From an uncultured Latescibacterota bacterium (lineage in GTDB: Bacteria; Latescibacterota; UBA2968), in contig OY282377.1 in assembly GCA_958295785.1 (NCBI GenBank), positions 3,534,896-3,598,895 of the forward strand: DNA of 64,000 nt. The letters are read 5' to 3'. Positions within the stretch are counted from its first letter, which is position 1. Every line of letters starts with the position of its first letter. A program made the translations under genes and the position numbers. The notes beneath the pieces are model-generated. The model saw only the letters and a list, made by a program, of their open reading frames with translations. It did not search any database and was not told where the DNA came from. Positions 10,041 to 20,182 of this stretch are shown here, piece after piece.

Positions 10041-13000
10041 TCTTTGCCGCACAATCGGATTTTTGATGGCGTTGAGTTTGGGCGCGTGTTCGCCGCGAGG
10101 CGACCATGTACCGGCGCACGATCTGTCCGCCGCGTATGTCTCTGCATTTTATACGGGTGTGTACGCGCTGGAAGTGGGGGCTTTTGATCGGGCAGACATC
10201 AGTTTGGGGCGGGCCATCGCGCTACGACCCGACGAGCCTGGCGCGTGGACAAATCGCGGAGTGTTGAACTTGCGGCGCGGGGATTATGACAGCGCGGCCA
10301 AAGACCTGAAAACAGCGCGTTCATCGATGCCCGAAAACGGAGATATCGCGCTGTTGCAAGGGCTGGTCGAGCGGGCGAGAGGGCAATCGGACGCCGCCAT
10401 CGCGTTTTTTCAAGCGGCAGCGCGACAAGGGGTTGTGAAGGCGCGATACGCGCTGATGAAAGAGATCGAGCGGCGGGGCGGGCCGCAAAGCGATCAAGCG
10501 GTTTGGGCGCAGTTGGACGCGCTGATCAAACAGGCGCCGCACAATCCCGCGCTGTGGGTCGAGCGGGCAAGGCAGGCGGGCAAGCGGGGCGATGCAGAGG
10601 CCCTGCGGGCATCTGTGGAAAAATTGCGCGCATGGGCAACGGATTGGGGCGAGGCAGCGCGGACGCATCTGACGTTGGACATGACGCCTGTGCAAGCCGT
10701 GTTTTTGCACAATGTGTTGTTGCGTACCCCCGCGTATCGGCAGGCGCTAAATGCCCTGATCGTCCCGGCTGAACGCTTGGGTGATCCCGTGTTTGAATTT
10801 TTGAAACACAACGCGCCCCAAGCCTCGCCATCGCCGCCCGATTTGGCGACCCATTTTGTCCCCAAACCCATCGCTGGGCTGACGGGCAACACCTATCAGG
10901 TGCTCGTGCCATTTTGGTCAAAAGATCGCGTTGCCGTGCTTGCAGCGCACGCCTCACAAGTGCATAGCCCCGGGGGGATGTCGCTCGATTTTCCCGGCCT
11001 GCCCGCGGCAAATGGGGTGCTGGCCGTCGATTGGAACAACGATTTTGCATTGGACTTGGCATTGGCCGGGGCCGAGGGCTTCCGCTTGTTTCAACGCAGC
11101 GCAGAGGGAGAGTTCGAGGCAGTGGCTGTTGGATTGGACAACGCGGCAACGGCCTATTCGGGCGTGTGGGGCAGCGATGTCGAGATGGATGGGGATGTCG
11201 ATCTCGTGTTGGGCCGTTCCAACGGCCCTCCACTGCTGTTGCGAAACAACGGGGATGGATCGTTCGCGGCGCGAGAGCCCTTTGGCAGTGTGGACGGGCT
11301 GACGGGCTTTGTATGGGCAGATTGGGACGCGGATGGAGACCCTGATGCGACCATGCTGGATCGGCATGGGCAGTTGATCCACGCGATCAATGAACGGGCC
11401 GGGGATTTTGCCCTCGGACGGCAACAAGCGGTGAACGGGATCGCGCTAACAGCGGGGGATCTGGATCGGGACGGGCACTTAGAGCGCGTGGTGTTAGACC
11501 GCGATGGCAACGTGATCGCCGTATCCCAAGACGAGACCCGCAATCTGATTCGCGGTTGTTCGCCCCTTGAAGGCGCCACCCTTCTCATCGCGGATTTGGA
11601 CAACAATGGCGCGCTGGATGTGATCTGCGGCAAACGCGCCTATCTGGCATCGGAAACCGGATTTCACGCGCTGGATCTAAAAGGTCGCGCAACCGCTGTG
11701 GCCGATCTAACCGGCGATGGGCGGCTCGATTTGCTGGCTGTTTCAGACGCGGGCGAGGCGTTGCAATTGCGGAACCGGGGCACGCTGGCCTATCACTGGC
11801 AGGCGATACGTCCCATGGGTGGCAAGGCCATAGGCGACGGGCGGATCAACGCGCTGGGCCTAGGCGCAGAAGTGGAACTCCGTTCTGGCGCGCTCTATCA
11901 GAAACAGGTGGTGACTTCCCCGGTGCTGCATTTTGGGTTGGGCACTTATACGGGCACAGACATGGTGCGAATTGTGTGGCCCAATGGCATGCCGCAAGTG
12001 GAATTTGATCTCAACGCGGATCGAGAAGTGCGCGCCGTACAGCGGTTGAAAGGGTCGTGCCCTTGGGTGTTTGCCCACAATGGATCAGAGATGGCGTTTG
12101 TAACGGATTTTCTGTGGCGGTCGCCGCTGGGCATGCGGATCAATGCCCAAGCTGTGGCGGGCACGGCGCAGACAGAAGATTGGGTAAAACTCACAGGCGA
12201 TCAGTTGGTCGCGCAAAACGGAGTTTACGATATCCGAATCACAGCGGAGCTATGGGAGACGCATTTTTTTGATTGGGTGTCGCTCATCGCAGTCGATCAT
12301 CCCCCGGGGACCGAGGTTTTTGTGGATGAGCGATTTGCGCGCTCTGCCTCGCCGCTCGATGTGTGCGCGACCACACAGCCGCGCGCTTTTGCAAGGGTGA
12401 CAGACGACCGAGGACGCGATATAAGCGATAAGGTGCGGGTTCGGGATGAACAATATGCAGCCCCCTTTGACCGGGGCAAGTACCAAGGGCTGACGCGAGA
12501 ACACTATGTGGAAGTGACAGTGGGAGACCACGCGCCCCAAAAAGGGCGTTTGTACCTTATCGCTCAGGGCTGGATCCGCCCGACTGACAGTTCGATCAAC
12601 ATGGCGATTGGGCAGGGCAATCATCCACCGCCTCGGGGCATCTCCTTGCATGTGTTCGATGGCACCTCCTGGCGAGTCGCGCACTCGGACTTGGGTTTTC
12701 CAGCCGGCAAGCGCAAGACCATGCGGATCGATCTAAGCGGGGTCTTTCCGCCGCATGGCCCTCGAAAATTCAGATTGCAGACCAATTTGGAGATCTATTG
12801 GGACCGTTTGGCCTGGGCCGTGCCCCTCGACGATTCCGCGATGACCGTTCGCGCCGTGCCCTTGCAAAGCGCGATGCTGCGCTACCGGGGGTTTTCGCAA
12901 GTAACAGCAGCAAATGCGCGTTCGCCCGAAGTGCCGCATTACCACGCGCTTGGCGGCACGTCGCAACTGTGGCGCGACCTCGTGGGGTATTATACGCGAT

Positions 13001-13338
13001 ATGGGGATATCGCGCCGCTGCTCTCGCAGGTTGATGACCGCTACGCGATTGTGAATGCGGGCGATGAAATCCTGTTGCGATTTGCGGCGTTGCCGGCCTC
13101 CAACGGGAAGCGGGATTTTGTTTTGCAAGGCGATGGATGGGTAAAAGATGGCGATTACAACACGGCTTTTTCCACAACGGTGTTGCCCCTGCCCGCGCAC
13201 GGTGTTTTGAATTACGACCAACCGCCCAAGTCGCTCGAAGATGATCCCGTTTTTCAAAAACATGCAAAAGACTGGCAGCGGTTTCACACGCGATATGTGA
13301 CGCCCGAATGGTTTGACCGGGCACTGAGGCGGCCGTGA
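10033..13338 (+). CDS. Lipoprotein with N-terminal TPR repeats plus FG-GAP and ASPIC/UnbV domains (CRTAC1-like)
   Basis: ATG 10033 overlaps upstream stop; lipobox-like LSLGAC; TPR region; FG-GAP DxDGD repeats; UnbV-like C-terminus. Confidence 0.6.
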   Translation: MLDLCRTIGFLMALSLGACSPRGDHVPAHDLSAAYVSAFYTGVYALEVGAFDRADISLGRAIALRPDEPGAWTNRGVLNLRRGDYDSAAKDLKTARSSMPENGDIALLQGLVERARGQSDAAIAFFQAAARQGVVKARYALMKEIERRGGPQSDQAVWAQLDALIKQAPHNPALWVERARQAGKRGDAEALRASVEKLRAWATDWGEAARTHLTLDMTPVQAVFLHNVLLRTPAYRQALNALIVPAERLGDPVFEFLKHNAPQASPSPPDLATHFVPKPIAGLTGNTYQVLVPFWSKDRVAVLAAHASQVHSPGGMSLDFPGLPAANGVLAVDWNNDFALDLALAGAEGFRLFQRSAEGEFEAVAVGLDNAATAYSGVWGSDVEMDGDVDLVLGRSNGPPLLLRNNGDGSFAAREPFGSVDGLTGFVWADWDADGDPDATMLDRHGQLIHAINERAGDFALGRQQAVNGIALTAGDLDRDGHLERVVLDRDGNVIAVSQDETRNLIRGCSPLEGATLLIADLDNNGALDVICGKRAYLASETGFHALDLKGRATAVADLTGDGRLDLLAVSDAGEALQLRNRGTLAYHWQAIRPMGGKAIGDGRINALGLGAEVELRSGALYQKQVVTSPVLHFGLGTYTGTDMVRIVWPNGMPQVEFDLNADREVRAVQRLKGSCPWVFAHNGSEMAFVTDFLWRSPLGMRINAQAVAGTAQTEDWVKLTGDQLVAQNGVYDIRITAELWETHFFDWVSLIAVDHPPGTEVFVDERFARSASPLDVCATTQPRAFARVTDDRGRDISDKVRVRDEQYAAPFDRGKYQGLTREHYVEVTVGDHAPQKGRLYLIAQGWIRPTDSSINMAIGQGNHPPPRGISLHVFDGTSWRVAHSDLGFPAGKRKTMRIDLSGVFPPHGPRKFRLQTNLEIYWDRLAWAVPLDDSAMTVRAVPLQSAMLRYRGFSQVTAANARSPEVPHYHALGGTSQLWRDLVGYYTRYGDIAPLLSQVDDRYAIVNAGDEILLRFAALPASNGKRDFVLQGDGWVKDGDYNTAFSTTVLPLPAHGVLNYDQPPKSLEDDPVFQKHAKDWQRFHTRYVTPEWFDRALRRP

Positions 13339-15086
13339 AACCCATGGTGCAAATTTTGGCGGTGCTGTTTTTGGGCGCTGCGCTGATCGCGTTGGGCTGG
13401 GGCGGTTGGCAACGCGAGAAAAAGGATGGGCCGCCGGTTGCCCGCTATGGATTTTACCTGGAGGAAGTCGGCCGGCAAGTCGGGATCGATTTTGTCCATG
13501 AGGCACCTGTTCTAGATGCGAAGTTGGATCATATCATGCCGCTGATCGCGTCTATGGGTGCGGGCGTGTCCGTGGTGGATTACGACCGAGACGGATGGCG
13601 AGACCTGTATGTGACAAACAGCCGGAAGGGGCGTCTAAATCGGCTATATCGCAATTTGGCGGGAAGGGGATTTGAAGATGTGGCCCCGGCACTGGGCATC
13701 GCAGATGTCAACCGAGAAGGCGTGAGCATGGGCGCGGTGTGGGGCGATAGCGACAACGATGGGTTTGAAGATTTGTTTTTGTACAAATGGGGCCGCCCCG
13801 AGTTGTTTCGCAATTTGGCGGGCAAGGCGTTTGAGCGCGTAACAAAAACAGCAGGTCTGCCGGACTGGATCAATGCCGGAAGCGCGATTTGGGTCGATTA
13901 CGACTGCGACGGATATCTCGACCTTTTTGTGGCGGGCTATTGGCCCGAATCCCTCAATCTGTGGGACTTGCAGACCACGCGGATAATGCCAGAAAGTTTT
14001 GAATACGCCAATAATGGGGGGCGAAAATATTTGTTGCGAAACCGCGGCGACGGGACATTTGAAGATGTGACGGCAAGGGTCGGAATTGCCAGCAGGCGGT
14101 GGACCCTAGCCGTGGGCGCAGCGGATTTGAACGGTTCGGGGTTTCCCGATTTGTTTTTGTCCAATGACTACGGGCGTTCAGAGTTGTACGTGAACGAGGG
14201 CGGCGAGCGGTTTGTCGACCGAGGAGAACAAGCCGGGGTGGGCCGCCAGCCAAAAAGTGGCATGAATGCCGCGTTTGGCGATGTGTTCAACCGGGGCGAT
14301 TTGGCAATTTACGAGACCAATATTTCTCAGGCAGGCGTTCTCATTCAGGGAAATAATCTGTGGGTGGCAACGGCGCACATGCCCCTGCGATTTGAAAATC
14401 TGGCCGGGGCGATGGGCGTGGCCCTGGGCGGGTGGAGTTTTGGCGCGCAGTTTGGGGATTTGAACAACGACGGGATGTTGGATCTTTTTGTCACCAATGG
14501 ATATGTTTCGGCAAACGGACGCGAAAGCTATTGGTACGATTTTTCCCAAGTCGCAGGCGGGCACAGCGCGATTATTTCAGATGCGAAAAATTGGCCGCCG
14601 ATACGGGGCAGAAGCCTAGCAGGCCATCAAACCCAGCGCGTTTGGATCAATGATGGCGCAGGACAATTCGCCGAAGTGGCCCGGTCCGTGGGCGTTCGGG
14701 AGCGATTCGACGGGCGCGCCGTGGCGCTGGTCGATCTGTGGAACAGGGGCGTGCTAGACGTGGTGGTGGGCAATCAGCGGGGGCGTCTTTTGGTGTATCG
14801 CAACACCGTGCGGCCCCAGGCGAACTGGATTGGATTCGATCTGATCGGGCAACAGAGCAATCGCAGTGCGATAGGCGCGCGGGTGCAGGTGTTTTGGCGC
14901 GATAAGATGCAGGTGCAAGAAGTGTTGGGCGGCAGCGGCTATGCCTCGCAAAATCAACGACCACGCCACTTTGGCCTAGGCGAGGGCGCGGGGGTTGACA
15001 GCATTGCAATACGCTGGCCGTCGGGAAGGGTGCATAAGCTCTACGCGCCCGATATTCGGCAGGTGCATCGAATTTTGGAGCCTTGA
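13335..15086 (+). CDS. FG-GAP repeat / ASPIC-UnbV (CRTAC1-like) protein
   Basis: N-terminal TM/signal, repeated DxDxDGxxDL motifs, UnbV-like C-terminus (IRWPSGRV). Confidence 0.65.
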   Translation: MKPMVQILAVLFLGAALIALGWGGWQREKKDGPPVARYGFYLEEVGRQVGIDFVHEAPVLDAKLDHIMPLIASMGAGVSVVDYDRDGWRDLYVTNSRKGRLNRLYRNLAGRGFEDVAPALGIADVNREGVSMGAVWGDSDNDGFEDLFLYKWGRPELFRNLAGKAFERVTKTAGLPDWINAGSAIWVDYDCDGYLDLFVAGYWPESLNLWDLQTTRIMPESFEYANNGGRKYLLRNRGDGTFEDVTARVGIASRRWTLAVGAADLNGSGFPDLFLSNDYGRSELYVNEGGERFVDRGEQAGVGRQPKSGMNAAFGDVFNRGDLAIYETNISQAGVLIQGNNLWVATAHMPLRFENLAGAMGVALGGWSFGAQFGDLNNDGMLDLFVTNGYVSANGRESYWYDFSQVAGGHSAIISDAKNWPPIRGRSLAGHQTQRVWINDGAGQFAEVARSVGVRERFDGRAVALVDLWNRGVLDVVVGNQRGRLLVYRNTVRPQANWIGFDLIGQQSNRSAIGARVQVFWRDKMQVQEVLGGSGYASQNQRPRHFGLGEGAGVDSIAIRWPSGRVHKLYAPDIRQVHRILEP

Positions 15087-15089
15087 AAA

Positions 15090-15941
15090 TTGGCGTGTGA
15101 TCATCCCATATTGCGGCGTGCGACCACGGTGTGGAAATCGGGATTGCAAAGCCGCTATTTGTCGCCGGCATTGATTACGTGCATCCTGATTGGGGCGCAG
15201 GTTTCTTTTGGCATTTTGGAAAGTCTGGCACAAACCCTGACCGCCATCTCGAGCAGTGTGCTGGCAGAACTCGTGCTCGGCCGGCTGACATGGGGCGCGT
15301 GGCCGGGGCTGGTCAGCGCGTACATCACCGGCATCAGCGTGGGCATTTTGATCCGCTCGCCCCTGTTCTGGCCTTATGTGCTGTGCAGTGCCTTGTCCAT
15401 TGTCTCTAAGTACGCGTTGCGCTGGCGCGGCAAACACCTGTGGAATCCATCCAATTTTGGGGTCAGCGCGATGCTATTTCTCGGCCCCGAAGCCGTGGCA
15501 GGCTTGAGCATCCAGTGGGGTAACACCTTGTGGACGATGGGCATAATATGGATTTTAGGCAGCGCCGCCTTGTGGCAGTTGCGGCGATTTCACATCTGCG
15601 CGGTCTATGTTCTTTCGTTTTTCGCCTTTGCCCTTATTCGCAGCCTGTGGACCGGCCAGGCATACATAACCAGCCTGGCACCGATTACGGGATCTATGTA
15701 TCAGTTGTTCATTTTTTTTATGATTACAGATCCCAAAACAACGGTCCCGACCTATAAGGGCCAATGCCTCACGGCTTTTCTCGTGGCTTTTGTCGAAATG
15801 ATTTTGCGGCTCAAAGAAGCGATCTACGCACCATTCTACGCGCTGTTTATCGTGGGGCCTGTGGCAAATGCGTTTGCGATATGGCGCGAAGCCAAAGGGT
15901 CTGCCTCAGCAGCCGTTCACGAGCACAGAGAAATGCAGTAG
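15090..15941 (+). CDS. Polytopic membrane protein of unknown function
   Basis: About 8 hydrophobic helices; motif FFMITDPKTT; family not recognised with confidence. Confidence 0.4.
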   Translation: MACDHPILRRATTVWKSGLQSRYLSPALITCILIGAQVSFGILESLAQTLTAISSSVLAELVLGRLTWGAWPGLVSAYITGISVGILIRSPLFWPYVLCSALSIVSKYALRWRGKHLWNPSNFGVSAMLFLGPEAVAGLSIQWGNTLWTMGIIWILGSAALWQLRRFHICAVYVLSFFAFALIRSLWTGQAYITSLAPITGSMYQLFIFFMITDPKTTVPTYKGQCLTAFLVAFVEMILRLKEAIYAPFYALFIVGPVANAFAIWREAKGSASAAVHEHREMQ

Positions 15942-16065
15942 GCCACACGCCTATATTCTCGCTTTTCATCTGCGTTCATTTTTAACAACAGCTTCTTAGA
16001 AACCCTAACATAAAGAAATCAAGCGTCTGAAACAGATGAGAGAACAGCCGATGGAGAGGAACGCC

Positions 16066-16377
16066 TCATGGATGTCCGCTCTGCGCTCGTAGCGCACTCA
16101 CTCGCAGTCTGCGGAACTGACGGAGCCAGGCCAGAGTCCGCTCAACGACCCACCGGTACACACCCAACCCGCTACCATGCTCTGCACCCCGTCGGGCTAT
16201 CACCGACGAGATGTGGCGTGCACGCAGGGCCTTCCGGTGTGCCCTCGAGTCATAGGCACGGTCTGCATACAGCCGTTGGGGTCTGCGACGCGGCCGACCG
16301 CGTTTGCCTCTGACCGCGGGCACAGCGTCCACCAAGGGCAACAATTGCGTCACATCATGCCGGTTCGCCCCAGTCAC
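16066..16377 (-). CDS. IS5-family transposase ORFB (DDE C-terminal part; probably joined to ORFA by frameshift)
   Basis: ADRAYDSRAHRKALRARHI...RWVVERTLAWLRQFRRLRV matches the C-terminal DDE_Tnp_1_2-like region. Confidence 0.55.
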   Translation of the reverse strand: MTGANRHDVTQLLPLVDAVPAVRGKRGRPRRRPQRLYADRAYDSRAHRKALRARHISSVIARRGAEHGSGLGVYRWVVERTLAWLRQFRRLRVSALRAQSGHP

Positions 16378-16423
16378 AATCGCGGCCAGAGGCAGCCCAT
16401 TGGCATCGGTGATCCCATGATGC

Positions 16424-16909
16424 TTACGCCCGGGCTTGCGGCGGTCTGTGGGATTGGGGCCGGGTTTTCCCCCCAGCGCCTACCGCACGCAGGGAGGCGC
16501 TGTCCACGCAGGCACGAGACCCGGCCAGGCCATCGGCCGCTCGCAGTTTGGACAACAGCAGATGATGAAGCCGCTCCCACACGCCGGCGTCATGCCATGC
16601 CTTCAGACGACGCCAGCAGGTCATCCCGGAACCACACCCCATCTCTTGGGGCAACTGCTCCCATGGGATGCCGCTCTTCAGGACGAATAGAATGCCGGTC
16701 AACGCCTTGCGGTCGTCAATGCGCTTACGTCCGGGAAAGCGGAACCGTCCAGGCTTGGGAACCGGCAAAAGGGGGGGCCCTTTTCCCAGAGTGCATCGCT
16801 CACGAGGGGGTTGGACATTTGTTCCTCCTCGCCCGGTTGCAGATGCCGGGCATGGACGTTGTAAGGGTTGGGCTGAGAAGAAAATCGGCCTCTCACAAAT
16901 CCATGTCAA
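16424..16909 (-). CDS. IS5-family transposase ORFA (N-terminal part; start likely internal to this ORF)
   Basis: Motifs PKPGRF...GRKRIDDRKALTGILFVLKSGIPWEQLP...CWRRLKAWHDAGVWERL typical of the IS427-group DUF4096 region. Confidence 0.55.
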   Translation of the reverse strand: MTWICERPIFFSAQPLQRPCPASATGRGGTNVQPPRERCTLGKGPPLLPVPKPGRFRFPGRKRIDDRKALTGILFVLKSGIPWEQLPQEMGCGSGMTCWRRLKAWHDAGVWERLHHLLLSKLRAADGLAGSRACVDSASLRAVGAGGKTRPQSHRPPQARA

Positions 16910-17026
16910 CGCTTTTTGTTAGGGCTTCTTAGAGTTTTTTTTGTGTAAAAAAGAAAAAATATCGTATATTGAAAATATCCATATTGAAAATATCCCTTAT
17001 TGAGCCTTTTGTGAAAGGATGACCAC

Positions 17027-18862
17027 ATGCCCAACGCGCTTCTCGTGTATCCAAAAAACCCGGTGACGTTTTGGAGTTTTGACGAAGCTCTGAAATTGGT
17101 CGGAAAAAAGTCGGCCTTCCCGCCTTTGGGGTTGTTGACCATTGCCGGTATGATGCCCGACCACTACGATTTGCGGGTTGTCGATGTCAATGTGTATCCC
17201 CTGACAGATGGCGATCTGAATTGGGCAGATATTGTGATTACATCGTCGATGATTATCCACTGGCATTCCCTCGAGGAAATTATCGCCCGGTGCAATGCTG
17301 CAGGCGTGCCCGTGCTCAATGGCGGCCCTTTGCCCACGCAGTATTGCGAAGAAATTGAAGGGCATGCGGCTTTTTATTTGGGCGAGGCGGAAAATGGCTT
17401 CATGGATGTGGTAGAGCGGTTGGTGAACGAGCCTTACAGTGGGGGGCGCGAATACATCGACCGGCGCGGCGAGTTCCAAAGCCTCGAGAAAACCCCGCTT
17501 CCGCGTTGGGAGCTGATCGATTTTGACGATTACACGGTGATGGTGATTCAGATTACGCGCGGCTGTCCGGAAAGCTGTACGTTTTGCAATATCCCATCGC
17601 TTTACGGCAAGATCACGCGCCTAAAAAACAGCAGTCGCGTGATTCGAGAACTCGACGCGCTTTACGACCGGGGCTGGCGCGGCGCGATCATGGCGGTCGA
17701 CGACAATTTCGTCGGCAACAGCGAAGAGATCAGGCAAACGCTGGAAGAAGAGGTGATCCCGTGGCAAAAGGAGCGCGGATATCCCTTCCAACTCAACACG
17801 CAAGCCAGCATTCGCGTCAGCGATGATCCCGCGCTGTTAGAAGCGATGCACCGCGCTGGATTCGACAAAATTTTTGCGGGGATTGAATCGCCCGTGCGAG
17901 AAAGCCTGAAGTTTATGGGCGCGCAAAAAAACTTGCAGGGCGAGACGCCTTTGTTGGACAAAGTAAAGGTGTTGCAATCTTATGGGATGGAAGTGCAGGC
18001 CGGGTTTATTATGGGACTGGATACGGACCCAGACAATATCGCCGACCGCATGATCGCATTTATCAGAGAAGCGGGCATCCCCGTGGCAATGGTCGGCATT
18101 TTGGGCGTGTTGCGCGACACGCCGGATTACAAGCGCTACAAGCGGTTGGGCCGCCTGATCGAAGGCGCGAAATACACGGGCGATTCCGGGATTTTCAGCC
18201 GGCAGTTGAGCTATGTGCCCCTCATCGATCCGGACGAACTGCTCGCTCGCCATCGCCGCGTCGTGGAAACCCTGAACAGCCCCGAGATATTTTTTGAACG
18301 CTGCCGCACGCACTACGCCCATCGCACGCGCAGACCCATCGCGTCTATGCCCATTGGTTGGACCGAAATTAAAGCGTGTTTCCGCTCTTTGTGGCAACAA
18401 GGCGTGGTCGGTACGTATCGGTGGGCGTTCTGGAAGTTTATGGCCTATATGCTCGTGCATCATCCCCGGTATTTGGGCGATGGCCTGCGCCTCGCCATTC
18501 AGGGCAATCACCTCATTCTCACCACGCGCGAAGCCCTGCAAGTCGATGAGGTGAAAACATTTTTGGATGAGGCCCTGGATCATCTGAAGCGATTTGGCGA
18601 AGGGTATCGAGAAAAACATGTCGGCGACTACGCGAGCCAATTGATGCACGCCTTGCACGGGCGTTTTGATCATTTCCAAGACGATTATCGCGCCTTACAG
18701 CACAATGCCGAGGTGCTGTTGAAAGCCGCCCATGAATACTGCGAATTGATCCGCGAAGAATTTCGCCACCAAATCGCAGAACCCCTCGAGTGTTTTCAGC
18801 AAGAAATCGAAGCCATCCTCGAAGCCTATACCAAGCAAAACGGTTTGCAACCCGCACGGTAG
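17027..18862 (+). CDS. B12-binding domain radical SAM protein with C-terminal DUF4070-like region
   Basis: CPESCTFC (CxxxCxxC) motif after N-terminal B12-binding-like Rossmann region; about 610 aa. Confidence 0.7.
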   Translation: MPNALLVYPKNPVTFWSFDEALKLVGKKSAFPPLGLLTIAGMMPDHYDLRVVDVNVYPLTDGDLNWADIVITSSMIIHWHSLEEIIARCNAAGVPVLNGGPLPTQYCEEIEGHAAFYLGEAENGFMDVVERLVNEPYSGGREYIDRRGEFQSLEKTPLPRWELIDFDDYTVMVIQITRGCPESCTFCNIPSLYGKITRLKNSSRVIRELDALYDRGWRGAIMAVDDNFVGNSEEIRQTLEEEVIPWQKERGYPFQLNTQASIRVSDDPALLEAMHRAGFDKIFAGIESPVRESLKFMGAQKNLQGETPLLDKVKVLQSYGMEVQAGFIMGLDTDPDNIADRMIAFIREAGIPVAMVGILGVLRDTPDYKRYKRLGRLIEGAKYTGDSGIFSRQLSYVPLIDPDELLARHRRVVETLNSPEIFFERCRTHYAHRTRRPIASMPIGWTEIKACFRSLWQQGVVGTYRWAFWKFMAYMLVHHPRYLGDGLRLAIQGNHLILTTREALQVDEVKTFLDEALDHLKRFGEGYREKHVGDYASQLMHALHGRFDHFQDDYRALQHNAEVLLKAAHEYCELIREEFRHQIAEPLECFQQEIEAILEAYTKQNGLQPAR

Positions 18863-19023
18863 TGCAAATTGACGACCAGGTGGTTAGCGATCAGCCCGCC
18901 CCAAACCATTATACACAATGTCGATGAACTTCTATCGCAGCCTGACCCTGATAGAATCGATCAGGGGTTATCAGCTCAATGTCACACCCCGTCCATAGAT
19001 TCGCCGATTCGCGGAAAAGAAAA

Positions 19024-19058
19024 AAGGCTACGAATAATCTCGTAGCCTTTTAATTTTT
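19024..19058. terminator. Bidirectional intrinsic terminator (AGGCTACGA...TCGTAGCCT) shared by tRNA-Asn and the radical SAM gene
   Basis: 9-bp perfect stem flanked by A-run and T-run. Confidence 0.45.
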
Positions 19059-19133
19059 GGCTCCGGCGGTAGGACTCGAACCTACGACTTAGTGGTTAAC
19101 AGCCACTCGCTCTGCCGACTGAGCTACGCCGGA
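19058..19133 (-). tRNA. tRNA-Asn (anticodon GTT)
   Basis: Cloverleaf folded by hand: acceptor UCCGGCG/CGCCGGA, anticodon loop CU-GUU-AA, T-loop GGTTCGAGTCC, encoded CCA. Confidence 0.85.
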
Positions 19134-19406
19134 ACATCCTATCCGATGGTGGTCAAATTTACGGGAAGTGAATACAGGTGTCAAGTGCAATTTTTACGTT
19201 GATCTCTCGGGGTATTGGCAACGCTGGATCGCGGGCATTCCCCTTGACAAATCCCATGTGAACATCTATGTTGTCGGCTCTTAGCCATCAGCTACAGTTC
19301 CCAATTTTTCGCTTTTCTTACAAAAAAAATGAACGTAACGCGAAAGCGGCACTATGCCTTTGGACGGCGAAATGCAACGGCAACCGCGCATTTGAGACCG
19401 CCGATC

Positions 19407-20132
19407 ATGCGGATTGCACACAGAGGGGCTTCAGGCGAGGGGCTCGCCCCTGAAAATACCTTGGCTGCCGTCAAAAAGGCACTTGATATTGGGGTAGATC
19501 TGGTCGAAGTAGATATCCACTTAACAGCCGATAGACAACCCGTCGTCATTCACGACCAAATGGTGGACCGCACGACCAACGGCACGGGTCTGGTCAGTAC
19601 AATGACCCTATCTCAGATCGTGGAACTGGATGCTGGAAGTTGGTTTGGGACCCAATTCAAGGGCGAGTCGATTCCAACCTTAGAGGAAGTAATCGCCATG
19701 TGCCGGTCCAGGGCACTGGTGCTGGTTGAAGCAAAAACCGTTGACGCTGCTGAGGCGGCGGCTGTGCGCGTGCGGGCCATGCGGGCTCAATCGCATGTGA
19801 TGATTCAATCCTTTCACGGTGCGGGTATCCGCGCGGTCAACAGATTGGACAAGCGCATTCCCACGGCATTTTTGATGACGGGAAGTGAGGCGACTTTGCG
19901 GCGGCGCACGGGGGGTGTCAAGCGCGTTTTAAAATTGGGTGCCAACGCTCTCGCGCTCAACCATCGGGCCGCACAGCCCGGCCTCGTGGCACAATTTCTG
20001 GCGCGGGCACTGGGGTTCTGGGTGTACACTGTCGATGAAGAACGAGATATGCGGGCGATGATTGAGATGGGGGTAGGCGGGATAATTACGAATTATCCGG
20101 ATCGCCTGAATCGGGTGCTCGAAGAAGGGTGA
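19407..20132 (+). CDS. Glycerophosphodiester phosphodiesterase (GDPD family)
   Basis: MRIAHRGASG...EVDIHLTADRQPVVIHDQ catalytic His/Glu/Asp pattern. Confidence 0.75.
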   Translation: MRIAHRGASGEGLAPENTLAAVKKALDIGVDLVEVDIHLTADRQPVVIHDQMVDRTTNGTGLVSTMTLSQIVELDAGSWFGTQFKGESIPTLEEVIAMCRSRALVLVEAKTVDAAEAAAVRVRAMRAQSHVMIQSFHGAGIRAVNRLDKRIPTAFLMTGSEATLRRRTGGVKRVLKLGANALALNHRAAQPGLVAQFLARALGFWVYTVDEERDMRAMIEMGVGGIITNYPDRLNRVLEEG

Positions 20133-20182
20133 AAATCCGTGCTGCATGGCGCGGCCAAACTGATTTGACAAATTGACAACTG

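Larger units (their letters stand above)
15995..16935 (-). mobile_element. IS5-family (IS427/IS1031-like) insertion sequence with two-ORF transposase
   Basis: ORFA/ORFB transposase pair; imperfect terminal inverted repeats approx GCTTCTTAGAAACCCTAACATAAAG (15997-16021) and CTTTTTGTTAGGGCTTCTTAGAG (16909-16931). Confidence 0.6.
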
